A program made the position numbers and the translations under genes. The notes beneath the pieces are model-generated. The model saw only the letters and a program-made list of their open reading frames with translations. It did no database searches and was not told where the DNA came from. Below are positions 1 to 12,802 of a stretch of DNA of 64,000 nucleotides, piece by piece (position 1 is the stretch's first letter; each line of letters starts with the position of its first letter). Source of the DNA: Lingula anatina (lineage: Eukaryota > Animalia > Brachiopoda); contig CM120640.1 of assembly GCA_051362555.1 (NCBI GenBank), positions 36,785,967-36,849,966 on the forward strand. The letters run 5' to 3'.

Positions 1-766
1 AATGAGGGTATAATTAGGTCTCCGTCTATTCCACAAATATAAAAAAATGACAGGTGTTTTAGATTGACAGTTACCATATTCTACGGAACTACTGCTGATT
101 TATCCTTTGTTCAAAGTACGCTGACATTTTTGGTGTTCAAGTTGACACCTACTTGAGGGGTTTCTTTGTGAAAAGGGTCCATGCTCAGTGATTTGTGGGA
201 AGGCTAACCTAGTGTGTGTGCTTGGGATTGGAGGAAGGGAGATAAATCAAAAATTCATTCTGAAAGTCGTGTCTTTGTTAATTGTTGCTTAAGGGTCAAT
301 GGTAAATGTGTTGAGTAATGAAGCAATGGCTTTTGAAAGCTGTTTAAGGAATGAACACTAATGTATTTCTGCTGGTCATTGTATCATTAATAAAAATGTT
401 TTAAAAGTATAATTTGCCTACCACTTACTAAAGGACAGGTGGTTTTAATATCTCTCAACCCCAGTTGATTGTACAGTGTTAATGTTTTACTCGTTAATTA
501 ATCAGTTTGAATGATAAAAAAATGCATATTTTTGGAAAGGGACATTTGAAAATAAACTAGTAGAAAAATAGATGAATGATGGGGAATAAAGGGAAAGTTG
601 TTCTTCTGCTCATAATTAGCGACAGATGGTTTGATAAATGACTAAGTCACTTATACAACTTGGATATAACTCTCTTGGGTTAAATAATGAATGATTTAAA
701 TAATTTTTTGTAAGACAGAATATAAAGTTTTATATAATATATTTAATGTTTTTCCCCATCCCCCAG

Positions 767-947
767 CCTGAGGGAGCATCTTGCCACAGCCTGAGCCAGC
801 AGTCCAGTAGTCACGGTCAGCAGAGGCGGGAGGTTGGGACAGAGACCTTCAGTGTGGGCATCTCTACTGAACCTGAGTGCCTGGGCCCCTGTGAACCAGG
901 CACCACTGTCAACTTGGAAGGCATTGTGTGGCAGGAGACAGAGAATG
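767..947 (+). CDS. ZNF608: ZNF608/609-like coding exon (PEGA...[27 protein letters not shown])
   Basis: Acceptor ccccag ends at 766; donor GTAAAT at 948; conserved family motif. Confidence 0.88.
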
Positions 948-3900
948 GTAAATGTTGTCTTGATAGGGTGAAAGTTCCCATGGTGCTGTAGCTCATACTT
1001 TTCACGGCCAATTGAAAATGTTCTAACAAAATGGAAATGATATTTTTGTTTAATTTGAATTATTGATGGGACAGTAATGTGGTGGGAGAACATTCTTCGC
1101 AATGCATGAATTATAATGTACTTAAATCATTATCAAAGGTGGGGACTTCATAAAGGTAGTGTTCTGTAATTATTGATATGCTCAGCACATATGGTAAATA
1201 CAGACAATAAAATAGATTGACAAACATTTATTAAAGGTGGGGACATAAAACCACCAAAGAGATATAAAACTGCCTATCTGATCAAAGTTAAGTATTGGGC
1301 ATCAGGTAGTTTGTGTTTTAGTGTACTTTATTAATGCCCTTGCATTTTAATTATTTAAAAACTTGACAGCCATCAGCATTGCAGCTATGAAGAATACTAG
1401 AAACATTGATTTCTTTGTTTCATTGTTTAGATAGGCTATAAATTAACTTGTTAACAATGTGAATAGGTATATATGAATCAATATCCAAGGAGATAAATTG
1501 AGTTTGATAGAAAAAGGACACATACTCAGCATGGTGTGCAAATTCAGAAATCTGCTAAACATGCATGCACTTTACTGTATTACAGCTTCGTAAAAAGGTC
1601 AAATTAAATATTCATAGTTATTTTTGTTTCCCACACGTTGGAATAGTTTGAAAGGCATGATCGTGACCAAGTTTTAAAATGGATCAGATCTGATAAATGT
1701 GTGTGAGTGTGTGGTTTAAAATTTATTTTTCAGTGTTCAGTCAGACCATTTGATATACTTGAGAGCTATGCTAAGTATGTGGTGTTCTTCCAGGTATGCT
1801 GGTTATAAATGTTACCTGGCGTGGAAAGACCTATGTAGGCACACTGCTTGATGCTACCAAACATGACTGGGCACCTCCCAGGTACAGTATATCTTTGTAT
1901 ATATACACTTTCTACCCATTAGGATGAAATAAGTGGCTTTTTCCCTATTTTTTGTCGGTTTTGCACTTTGCTGATAAGATACAGTAACATAAAAGATATG
2001 TTGCAGCAGCTCAAAATAGGTGCAGTTTGATTTATGAAAAGGTTAAGTTTAGTAAGTTCTGTAAAATTGTCTTATGTAGCAAGTTGTAAGAATAGATCAT
2101 CTGGCAAACGGTTTTATTATGATTTGTGTATTTTGCACGTTCTAGGTTGGGCTGTGACTCTCCAGTGAGTGATGTTGAAGTGAGGACACCAAAAGGGCGT
2201 GGCAAGCGTGGCAGAACAGCATCCTCCACTCCACTTAATGACAGTGGAAGTGACAGAAAGCTCCGCAAGGGCCGACGTGGGACTAACACCAGTAATAGCG
2301 GCTTCCAGGCCCCTCCTAGCCCAGCCAAGTCGGACATCACTCCCCTCGGCACGGGCAAGAGGAAGGGACGACCAGCAGACTTGACTTTGGGAAGTTTAGA
2401 TGATCTCAGAGTAAGCAAACGGAGCCGCTCTGGCTCCCGCTCACAAGAAGTGCCATCATCGCCTGTGTTGATAGTGTGCCCCGAACCGAACTGCAACAAG
2501 AAATACAAACACATTAATGGATTACGTTACCATCAGACACATGCTCATCAAACAACTGCTGCAAATATAAATGCCTCTAATGGAAGCAGCAGCAATGGCA
2601 ACAGCAACAGCGCTGTTGTTAACGAGATGCAGAAAGATGTAAAAGAGAAAAGAAAGGAAGATAAGGAAGCCAACCCCAAGGATGAGGCTTGTAGCAGGGA
2701 CAAAGCAAAAGACAGTAACAACCCCCCAGCAACTAAACCAGCAAGGAAGAAAGGTTTGAAAGATTCAGATATGTCAGACAGAGATACTCCTTCTGTGGAA
2801 GGTAAAGGAATTAAGAGCAGCAGTAGTCAGAAGGATATTATGAAGACAGAGACTGCTGCAGCCGAGTCAGTAGAGACTGTTATAGAAAGGAGTAAATCTA
2901 ACTCTTCTCCTTCAGCAATAGTAATACCAACTACCACAGTGACTGCTAAAACTGTAACAAAGGATATAGTAGCAGTGACTTCATCTTCTCAGTCCTGTAT
3001 AGGTAGCCCATTGCAGTGTTTAGGTAATATGCCTCTAGGGCCTCTAGAAAGAACAGTGGCTGCAGTGCCCAAGCAGAAATCGGGTGTGGTGACAGCTCAA
3101 ACCAAAACTACTGTTGTGATGACAGTCCCCATCCCAGCAACAATTGTCTCAAAAGCTCATATGCAAGTGGTCAGCTCCACACAGAGTACTGTAGACAGTT
3201 TAACAAAAGACTCAGAAAGTGATAAATTAGTGAAAAAACCAAAGGACTCTGTGAAAGTTGGAGACAGGATAAAGACGAAGTCTTCTGGTAGGCCCATTGT
3301 TCCAGCACACCATCCGCCATCTCAGCAGGTTATTGCTCTGTCAACTAATGTGGCTGTGACCCATTCTAACCTTTCTCCAGTGACGACTGCCACGCCTCAC
3401 ACTGCCCTCACACAGATTGGATCAGCTCTCAAACCCATCCAGCCCAAGCCAACAATCATGGGAGAGCCCACCAGTATCAACCCAGTGCTGGCAAGTTTGA
3501 AAGAGAAAAAGATGAAGCACAAGAAAAAAGTCAAGGAAAAGGAGAAAGACTCCAGCCAAAGTGTTATCAAAGATGTTCCCAAAGACAAGCTTCCCAAAGA
3601 GGGTGATGGTAAAGGAGATGTTTCAGAGGAAAATAAATTGCCCGTCAATTCTTCTCAGAAGTCAAAGGAACAAGGTGAGAAAAAAGTCCCCATTGCTGAG
3701 ACTGAGAAGTCTCTACCTATTGTTGGAGACAGTGCAAGCAATGAGAAAGAGAGAACAGTTCAACCACCATCAGAACTCAATCTCTCCACCTCCTCTCCTC
3801 TCACTGTGAACACTGATAGTCGAGACCCTACAGGCAGTAACTGCCAAAGTCCAGCCTATTCAGATATATCTGATGCAAATGACACTGCTCCAACCTTGGA

Positions 3901-6506
3901 GAATGAAAAAGTGAAGGAAGACAGTAAGGTTGATGGAAGTGCTGACAGCCCCAGTGACGCAGTGACTGTTCAGAGTCAGGGGGCAGTGCACCCCTACAGT
4001 ATGTACCCTTATTATGGACAGTCTGCTTATATGCTCCCCACCCTCTCTCCCCAGCCTACAGGGGGCAGCACCCTAGAGGGCAAAAGCACTCCAGGAGACC
4101 AGGACAGTAAGCCAGTGACCAAAACTGCTGATGATAAAGACAGACTCAAAAGAAAGGGAGAAAGTAAAGAAGAGAGGAAAACTGACTTGAATCCTGAAGA
4201 GAGCCAGAAACTGAAGGATTATCAGCAAAGACAAATGTATCAGCAACAACTTTACTATGCAAACCTTCCACCGCAGATACAGTATCAGTACATGGCATAT
4301 GGCTATGCTGACCCCAGTTTACACATGCATCTGCTCGCTACAGATCCTAACTACAAAGCATATCATGAACAAGTGATGGCTGAACAAGAGAGGATGAAAA
4401 AAGAACAGTTAGCTTCAGAAATACAGCCAAAAGAACTCGGTAAAGATGAAGCCAGTGTTCAGTCTGGTCCAAGACCAGAAAGATCTGATAAGGAAAGGCA
4501 TGTAGAAAGCAGGGACAGGGGTACTTCAGAGCGTGAGAGGGACAGAATTACTTCAGAACGCAGACATTCATCTTCAAAACATAAAACAGACTCTTCTCAA
4601 AAAACAGTGCTGAATGACCAGCAGCCTGTGTCAAAAGATAAAAACGATGTTAAGAGTTTAGGTGACCCTGCTAGGTGTCATAAAATGGGAGAGGATCAGG
4701 AAAGGAGAGATTCTCGGTATTCTGCTGAGGGTCACAGGGACAAGCATTTTTCAACACAGCATCAACAGGGAGATCACAAGCATTATGATGAAGACAAATT
4801 AAGACTTTCCGATAAGGGGAAATCTGATAAGAGACCCCCAGAGGCAGCATTAGGGAAAGCTCCACAGGAGAATTCCTCAAAAGAGAGTTCTTCACCAAAG
4901 GACAAAACTAAAGAAGTCGTACCACATAAAGAGCCCAGGGTAACTGAATCTATGGGTTCAAAGAAAATAGGAGAAAAAAGTAAAACTGGAACAGAAATAA
5001 GGGAAAGTCCTGGGGCGAAAAGTAAACAGGGTGACAGTGTGACCTCTGTGTCCACTACTGGTCCCTCCTCATCCCCTGGACCAGTCTCGTATGGACATTA
5101 CTTCTCTCCCTATGCCCCTGCACCTTATGGACAGATAGCCTATGATCCCAGTCACCACTATAGGGTACAGGGGGTGTACCCTGCAGCCTCACCAGCATAC
5201 CTGTACCCTAACCAGATGAGGTATGTATCCACCGTGGATGGTGCTAATAAAGAAAAGAAGGAATTGAGCTCACCCAGTGCCCCTGCTGTTACACAGGGGA
5301 AAACTGTCAGCAATTCTGAGAGCAACTCTGGCCATTATTACTCTCCCCACCATAAAATACATGAGTTGAAAGAAAAGGCCAAACCTTTGCCTCCTGGCTC
5401 TCCTCTGGAGAAAACAAAAGAAGCTGGCAAGCGGTCTGAAACCTCATCCCCAAGTTCAACCTCAGAGAAGAGATTGGGGGACCGGGAGTACACCAAGTCT
5501 CCCCCTGCTCAGAGGCACCTCCACACACATCATCACACCCATGTGGTCCAGGGAGCACCCTACCTTCTTGACCCTTACGGTGGTAAGTTGATTTGTATCT
5601 TATTTTAATGGGGCCAAGTGCTAATAATGTAAAGATTATTTTTCTCAAAATTAGGGCGTATTTTTAGTAGTACAACTAACATTATTTTTAAGGTACTTGT
5701 AACTATAAACAGGTCAGTTAAGGTTTTAATATGAGCTTTATTAGATTACTTTGCAACACTTGTTTAATTCTTTGTTATTATGGCTGAAAATGGATGTGCT
5801 GTTTCACTTAAACTTCATTGCTATCAACGTACAAGTATCTTTTCAATGTTCGAAAAAGTATTATTTATTTATTTTTAGTAAGGGTGGCAGGCCCATACCA
5901 CTTATCGAATTGATCTTTTACTACTTTTTACCCTAATGCGCAGGGGATTAGAGTTTGGTACAATGTATATATGTCACTGTCTAAGAATAAGAGGCTTTTT
6001 TCTCTCAAAATCAGATATTTGTGTGTGTGAAGCTGATAGGTATGGATCTTTTGGGAATCATTGCATGTTTGAAATTGATTCTCATGTCATATATGCAAAC
6101 AAGTTCAAGTATAGTGTTTCATTTTGAAAGAGCCCAGGTCACAGAATTTCTAGCAAGCTGTTTGCAAAAACATCAGATCAATATTCATGCCATTTATTGA
6201 TTTGCTATTAAGATTATATCAAATGAAAAGCAAAAATACCACACATGAAACAAAATACATGTTATTATTGTTTGACATCTATATTAACTTCATCACTCTT
6301 ATAACTCTTTGACATATATATGTATATATACTGTACCAAGTCGATCATTTCAACAAATATAATGAATATTTTATATATCATCTGCCATCTGAGTTTCTGA
6401 TCCTTGAGTTTTATTGCTCTTTAACATGTATATTAAATTAATCATTTCAGCAGCTATAATGGCCACCCATCAGGCAGCAGCTGTTCATCCTTTTGTGCCC
6501 AAATGA
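767..6506 (+). CDS. ZNF608: ZNF608/ZNF609 (Drosophila scribbler/brakeless) family single-C2H2 zinc-finger transcriptional co-regulator, 3' part (4 coding exons: 767-947, 1794-1881, 2146-5582, 6451-6506); 5' exons lie outside the window
   Basis: The spliced translation gives the family block [63 protein letters not shown], the finger [24 protein letters not shown], and the motifs [23 protein letters not shown] and [16 protein letters not shown]. All junctions are GT-AG with consistent phases (1,2,1). The gene is probably co-orthologous to vertebrate ZNF608 and ZNF609. Confidence 0.92.
1794..1881 (+). CDS. ZNF608: ZNF608/609-like coding exon ([30 protein letters not shown]), absent from the ORF track
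   Basis: Acceptor ttcttccag ends at 1793; donor GTACAG at 1882; continues the conserved domain in phase. Confidence 0.92.
2146..5582 (+). CDS. ZNF608: ZNF608/609-like giant coding exon (3437 bp): C2H2 finger plus long low-complexity region
   Basis: Lies within ORF 2126-5608; acceptor tctag ends at 2145; donor GTAAGT at 5583. Confidence 0.93.
6451..6506 (+). CDS. ZNF608: ZNF608/609-like terminal coding exon ([18 protein letters not shown])
   Basis: Acceptor tttcag ends at 6450 (tandem CAG at 6451-6453); phase-1 continuation; TGA at 6504-6506; Ala/Gln-rich tail like the vertebrate family C-terminus. Confidence 0.75.
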
Positions 6507-8548
6507 GGAGGAATGTGTTAGAGAAGCTTACAGCGCAGCTGGTGTCCTCTGTCACATTGTGCAGCAGCTGACATTCTGAACTGGCATCAGCAAGATACAG
6601 TCACCATCATGAAGAGTTGGTACAATCTTACTGTATAAGAAAATTATTTACATCAGTTGCTGTAAAGTTGGAAAGGTTCCTCTGGAGGAAAAATATTCTT
6701 GGAAAGCCTGTCTTTTTAGCTTCTCAGGTCCATTGCGCTGTACTATTAAAAATTTGTCAGCTTACATGCTATATTATACAATCAACCTACCTGCAAAAGG
6801 GATTTTCCAGGCTTAATTAGAATGTTTACCCAGGGTAAAGCTTGACAGTGGTGCATCTAGAATTGATTTGAAAAGTGGAATCTGTATTGGGTATATTTGC
6901 TCAACTGCTTTATGCTCAGTTCATTTTCATCAGTTAAATTAGTTTCTTGAACATTTTACTTGTTTGGCCATCTTGCTAGTCAGTGTGGATCATGACAGAG
7001 AATGAAGTTGAAAAAAAAAGTGGGTTCATGTACAGATCTCACTTTTTTTAAAGAAAATTGTTTTCAGTAGATTGCCCTAAAGCACTGTTACCATCATGCA
7101 ACTTATTCTCTAATTTTATATATATATCTAATGACAGTAACTAATTCTTATTACTAACTAACGTTACTGCTCAATATGGTATGTTTCTGAAAATATTGAA
7201 GGTATCTGATCATCGTCAGTCAATGCACTTGAACAACTCTTGGTACAGCTATAATTTGCAATTCTTCAGCATTATTCCATGAAAATGAGGGTTTTATAAC
7301 TTCCCTTTCATAGCAATCATGTATTATATTAATCAGTCATTCATAAAGGAAAGAATACTGCATTTTATTCCTTCTCACTGTAAATATTCCCCAAATTTAG
7401 CACTAGCCTGTATTAAAGAGTTGTGATTGGTGATCAAAAGGATTATTTTGTGATCTATACTGAAAACTAAATTGCTGTGGCTTTCATACATGTTATTTAA
7501 CATGGTAATAGTATGAAGTGACAGTAGTGGTCACACAGTGTTTTATAAGAAGCATTGGTTCATCTGTGTACTTATTTCTTTCAGCAAAAATATCTATTCA
7601 GAGATCTCATTTAGTTAGCAATGCCAAAAGCAGTCTGTAAGAAATGGTATCTTATTTAAACAGATGGGAGAGTGCTGAGGATATAAAGTAACTACCCGCT
7701 TCTGATGGGCTTGTTGTCCACATAGCTCTTGACAACCCGAAAGAGGTCACTAGTGTTCACAATTTTCGCTTGTGAACAGCATTGTATTTTCCAATGGTAA
7801 ACCCCTTTAAGCAGAAATTCATGCACACATTCTTATTTAAGCCCTTTAAGTATAGTTCATGCCACATTTGGAAGCTTTCCCCTGAAGGTTTATTCAGTCT
7901 TAGAACATGCCGTGTCTCTACATATACCAGCTTTGTCTATTTCATGGTTAATGCATTGACTAAACTATATATACATATATGTAGGTCAAAAGATCCTTGT
8001 GCATAAAAGTAAAAAATAATGCATTCTGTGCATATAAAATGGAATATGAACAGCGTTAGTGAATTTTAAATGACAAGTGATCAGATTTCTAAAAACTATT
8101 CACTCAAGAAATGAAATGTTTCTTTTATTCCATTTGTCAATTGTAATGTTTTTTTTTCTGATGATCACACAATACCCAGCAATTGAATAATTTTCTATTT
8201 GATTGTTAATAGGATTAAAATTTTTAAAACAATTCATTGTTTGTATTTAATACTCTCAGTTCCAGTACCTATCAACTTATTCATTCAAAGTATTATCCCA
8301 ACGTATTTTACTCAATTTATGTTGGTATTTTTCAAAACCACACATTTCTTAAACCTGAAATATTAACATGGTACATTTACGAAGCATAATGAACATCAGT
8401 CGTACAACTCATTTCACTTTAGTAGCAGTATATTCACTAATGCCTGGACATTGCAACTAAGATCGGTCTGTTGCACAGTCTAGTTGCCGAATTGCGGTAG
8501 GAGAGATTGTGACATGCTTCTGTGTAAGTGCAGTGTTGCCGTCACCCA

Positions 8549-8845
8549 GAGCCTGTTTCTCAAAAGTGGTATGGGTGGTTGCTTTTCGCAAGCAATCTAC
8601 AGGGTCCCTTAACTTTTTTTCGGTCTTTTAACTTAGACTTTTAAACGGGTTGTGTTTGTCTTGACAACGATTTTCACTCTCAGCTGCGACAATAGCCCGC
8701 TTAGGTTCGTCAATATTTGCTGTCGACCAATCGCTCGTAAAATGCCGTTAGTCCAATATCGCAGTGTCGAGTTAACGTGGTAGGATATCCGATTGAAGGC
8801 GTCTAAGCCTTTAAGCCCAAAACTTTGTTTTTGTGAAACAGGCCC
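8549..8845. mobile_element. Non-autonomous DNA transposon (MITE) with GGGCC-type termini, possibly PIF/Harbinger-like
   Basis: Left gagcctgtttctcaaaa (8549-8565) matches the reverse complement of right ttttgtgaaacaggccc (8829-8845) at 15/17. No clean TSD, so the superfamily is inferred. Confidence 0.6.
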
Positions 8846-8948
8846 ATATATAGTCGGCTGCTGAAACTTAGGAAAGATCGTGCAAATTTCATATGACCCA
8901 AATAATTTTTTCAAAATAATTGCAATGAAATGAATTTTTCATTTTTTT

Positions 8949-10412
8949 CTAAATAATCCTATCCATACTAAGCGAATCAACTCTCTGCATCAATTCATCA
9001 ATTTTACTGACTTCCACTCTGTTCTCATATCCATATTTCTTTTCACTTAACGCTGTTCCATTTGCTATAAACTTGCTGCAAGTCTATTTCAGTTGTTTTA
9101 CCGCATTTTCATCGGGATTTCTAGAAAATGGTCTACAAATCTGAACCCAAAGCGCGTTCTTCACACCTGGATTTTGACACCGTTTTGCGTTTAAACCACA
9201 AACTTCGTAACCCCTGAACACGTTCATGCCTCATCCTGACCTTCTTTGGCGTTCCCAAAAGAACTCGCGTGGAAACTTTGCCGGAGAAACACTTCCCATC
9301 AATGCGTTCTTCTGTAAACTTTTGACCGCACCCTCCTCAACCTTTGATTTTCTTTTTTTAGTACTGTTATCGTGAAATTACACCTTTTAACGCGTTTTCT
9401 CCTGAGAGTGCGTAGCAGCTCCCCCGCCTCTTCCCTCCTCAGATAATCAAGTGTCCAGCGATATGAAGAGATTCTTCTTGAGCCTGCTTGTCATCAGTGT
9501 CAACGTTCAATTTCACAGCAATGGAAACTGACTCGTGTCTTTATGAGTCAGTCAGAGATAAAAGTAATGCATGTTGCATTTTGTGGGACACTAGTTTGGG
9601 TGGGCTTTTACCTTTGCCCTTTTGTTCCAAAACTGTACCTGGAGATGTCCAACCTTTTTCATTTTTCGCCGTTTCGCAACAAAGCAAGATTCGGATCTTC
9701 GTGACTCAGTCAGATATGGAGATTATTTTTGTTGCCTTTCGTAAGACACTAATTTGGTTTTGCTTTTTGTTCTTCTTATTCGCTTATTTGTTTTGACCAA
9801 AATACCTATCTGGAATTGCCCGACCATTTTATTTTTCTCTGTTTGGTAGCTGTGGATTATTTTGTTACAAACTTGACCAAGTTAAAAACCTGGTACAGCC
9901 AGGAGCTTAGTGTTCTGTTTCATTACTTCATAATATTTTGCTGAAACTTGAAATGGAAGTGTAAATACCGTACAAAAATTGAAGCAGAAATACAAAACCG
10001 TGATAAATAAACGAGGCAAGTTATGATAAAATTAATAATACGTAATGTTGTAAAATACATTGCATATAGCATTGGTGCCTGTTCAGTTTTTACTCGGAAT
10101 GCTCTCTTGTAATTGTCTGTACCATAGCACATAATTGCTTTAGGTGAAAATTTTGACACGAAAAACAACTGTTGCCTTCAACAACCAATTGAAAAAAAGA
10201 TTGATATTAACAACTTTCTGTCTCCGTCCTGCATACCTCTGTCTACGCTGAATTCTACAATTTTGGCCCCGTGCCTGCCCAAAAGAATCTTCCAACAAGC
10301 ACCTCAGTCTCACATGCTGGATACCCCAGGAACTAACTTGTTTGAGTAACTTGTCAGAATGATTTATTTCCTTCATTTGACTTTCGAGAAGCAATTACTT
10401 CTTTTTTTTATT
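8949..10412 (-). pseudogene. Probable decayed coding sequence of unknown family
   Basis: Purine-rich minus strand with long codon-like runs broken by stops and frameshifts; acceptor-like sites ending at 10413 and 9941; ends ...KIDELMQRVDSLSMDRII*. Confidence 0.35.
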
Positions 10413-11791
10413 CTGGAACGTACCAGTGCATGTCTTTCGCAAAATAATAAAAAAAAGAAATAAGTATATTAAACGTTTATATTTGTTCTCTCATTTTGTC
10501 TTTAATCAAATTCTGAAATGCTCATTTTGGACAGTATTCAAAAAGTTTTGATAGAAGCCTGTTATAGTTAGGCAGTAATTGACGTAATATTGCGTCTCTG
10601 CGCAGCAAAGTAACGCCTCCAGAACGTTGCGTGCGATGCACAGCGTTAGGAATAGCGGTGGGTGGAACGAAGTTCTTGATCCAAAGGTTAACTGGCCCTA
10701 AAAGTAAGGTTTAATAAACTATCGTGAGAAAGCATAATAATTGTGATGACCGTTGCAAAATTAGAAGTTATATATAATGTCTCCTTTTTCAGCTGCCGTG
10801 CATTGATTCAGCCAGTTTCAAAACAACTGATTCTGAAGTACGTTCAAGAATTAAACCTTCAATGTTGGTGATTAGTAGCAAAGGTATTAATCGTGATGGC
10901 ATCTTTAGTATGGCGGCCATGGTGGTCAACAGCCCCAAAACCCTTAAGTTGCTATTACATATGATTTAGGTCGACCCTTCTCTGTACGACCCTAGGCATC
11001 GATAAAGCCAACCGTTTTCCCCATTTCGGACTCAATGAATTTAAAAAAGAACGCAGAAAAACTATTTGCCTCCACAGTATTCATGACTCCCATATAAGCG
11101 TTCACCACAACCGGCCTCCATCTCCTAACTGATTAAACGTGTTGCAATATGCATATGAAGACAAACTTTAATTTCACTTCTTCATATTCACATACTGAAT
11201 ACTTAATGTTATGTAATAAGGCATTCTGTGACTGATGTTACCACAAGACGTTATGAATGATAATGTAGTGTGAGCGTACTTCTGTGAGGTTCTGACGTCG
11301 TGCTCGTGATTGTGCCGTTCTACACGTGTTAAATTTATCCTTAAAGAAAACACCATTATTTTTCAGTTATGGCTAAATCATTGCACAAACGCCGAAGTTT
11401 AAGCTAGTACCCTTAAATCACTAACCGCGGAACGCAATGGATTTGCTTAGGAGGTGACTGCCACAGAGATCCCCAAACGCTTCAATGAACTAACAGCATG
11501 TTATTTTAAGACAGAACAGGAATTGAAAAGGTGTACTGAAAGAATGCAAAACCACCTTTTTGGACTGATGGTATCTCAGACTGCTCTGAACCATGTTTAA
11601 AATGCAAAATTTGTCTAAAATTGATGTGAAAATGCCCTTCTGCAACAAATAAGAAAAGTTGCAAAATTGGAGGTATTCTTATTTGTCTCACTGTGCTACA
11701 TAATGCAAATTGTTTTGTTGTCTAGCAATTTTTTTTTAATTTTAAATTGAGATCTGGTTCTTTAATTGAAAATTTTAATTTTTACAATATT

Positions 11792-12802
11792 TCAGAAGTA
11801 AGAAGGGATGCAATATCCTATTTTCATTTTCCGAATAGAAACATTTCTACATGCCAGGCACGGTCCTACATGGCCAAAATTGTAAAAACATGTTCTGCAG
11901 ACAGGGTATGTTGTCTTTTGCACTGAATTCTTAAATTCAATTTCTCTTCGTTCCCTTCTCAGCGGGTATGAACATTTGATTTGTTTGTCTCTGTCAGTCA
12001 TGATAAGCTCAGAGTCTTCACAGCTTTCTATAAAATCAGGACAATTACACACTAACATGTCTGATTCTGACCTCTGTGCAGAATCCTTATAGAATTTTCG
12101 CCGTTTCAGTAAATAACCAAGGGATTGGTATTGAGCTGCTATATGTGAAATTCTTCCTGTTTATAATGGGTTCCAGTCCAACTCCGTGATTAAACCAATA
12201 TTGGTGCACATCTGATCATTATAAAATATCATCCTAACAAAAGAACATATTGGAACCTCAGATGTATGGATTAATGTATTGCACTCATATATATTGATAC
12301 TTGCAATCGTCTCTAATTTTTTCAGACACTGTAATGGAAGGTTTTCGTAAAAAAAAAAAAGATCACCTCGAGTGCAATAAAGAAGAGGAGACTCCATCGT
12401 TCTGTGTTTTAATACTTCATCAATCACGGGAACTAAAGCCCATTATCTTACCTTACGACTACTTGTCGCCAGCATTTCCGTAATTTACTTTGTTTGACAT
12501 CACTAAGGTGAGAAATGAGGTGTTTTTTCAAGAATTTTCTTCCAAAAATCCCCCGTGGCCAAACGTTGGTGACACTTATGCGAACCCCTGAAGGTTCCAG
12601 TCAAGGTACCATGATCATAAACTGACTTCCCCATAGGATTTACTCAAAACATGGACTATTGGCTCACCATCATCAAAATTGTCTTTGTTGAGTGTCACAC
12701 TTGTCTAAAGAAATAACTGCAGGCCATAAGAAAATGTATGTTGGTATTTGAAGCTTGTGAAACATGTTAAATGTGAAATATTTGCGCCTCTTACAGATCC
12801 AT
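11792..12802 (-). pseudogene. Unrecognised three-exon Cys-rich gene model (12802-12795, 12502-12452, 12233-11792) with one in-frame TAA at 12163-12161
   Basis: ATG GAT CT|gtaaga ... tttctcaccttag|51 nt|gtaaga ... ttcttttgttag|442 nt. Phases 2/2 are consistent. ORF-track entries 12161-12427 and 11792-12058 share a frame and are separated by a single stop. Confidence 0.5.

Noticed and set aside
743-5648. Antisense and alternative-frame ORFs over the ZNF608-like exons
   Set aside because: Shadows of the real coding exons with no independent motif.
7754-7778. 9-bp hairpin in the ZNF608-like 3' region (tgttcacaa / ttgtgaaca)
   Set aside because: Too short to call a miRNA, SECIS or histone-type stem-loop.
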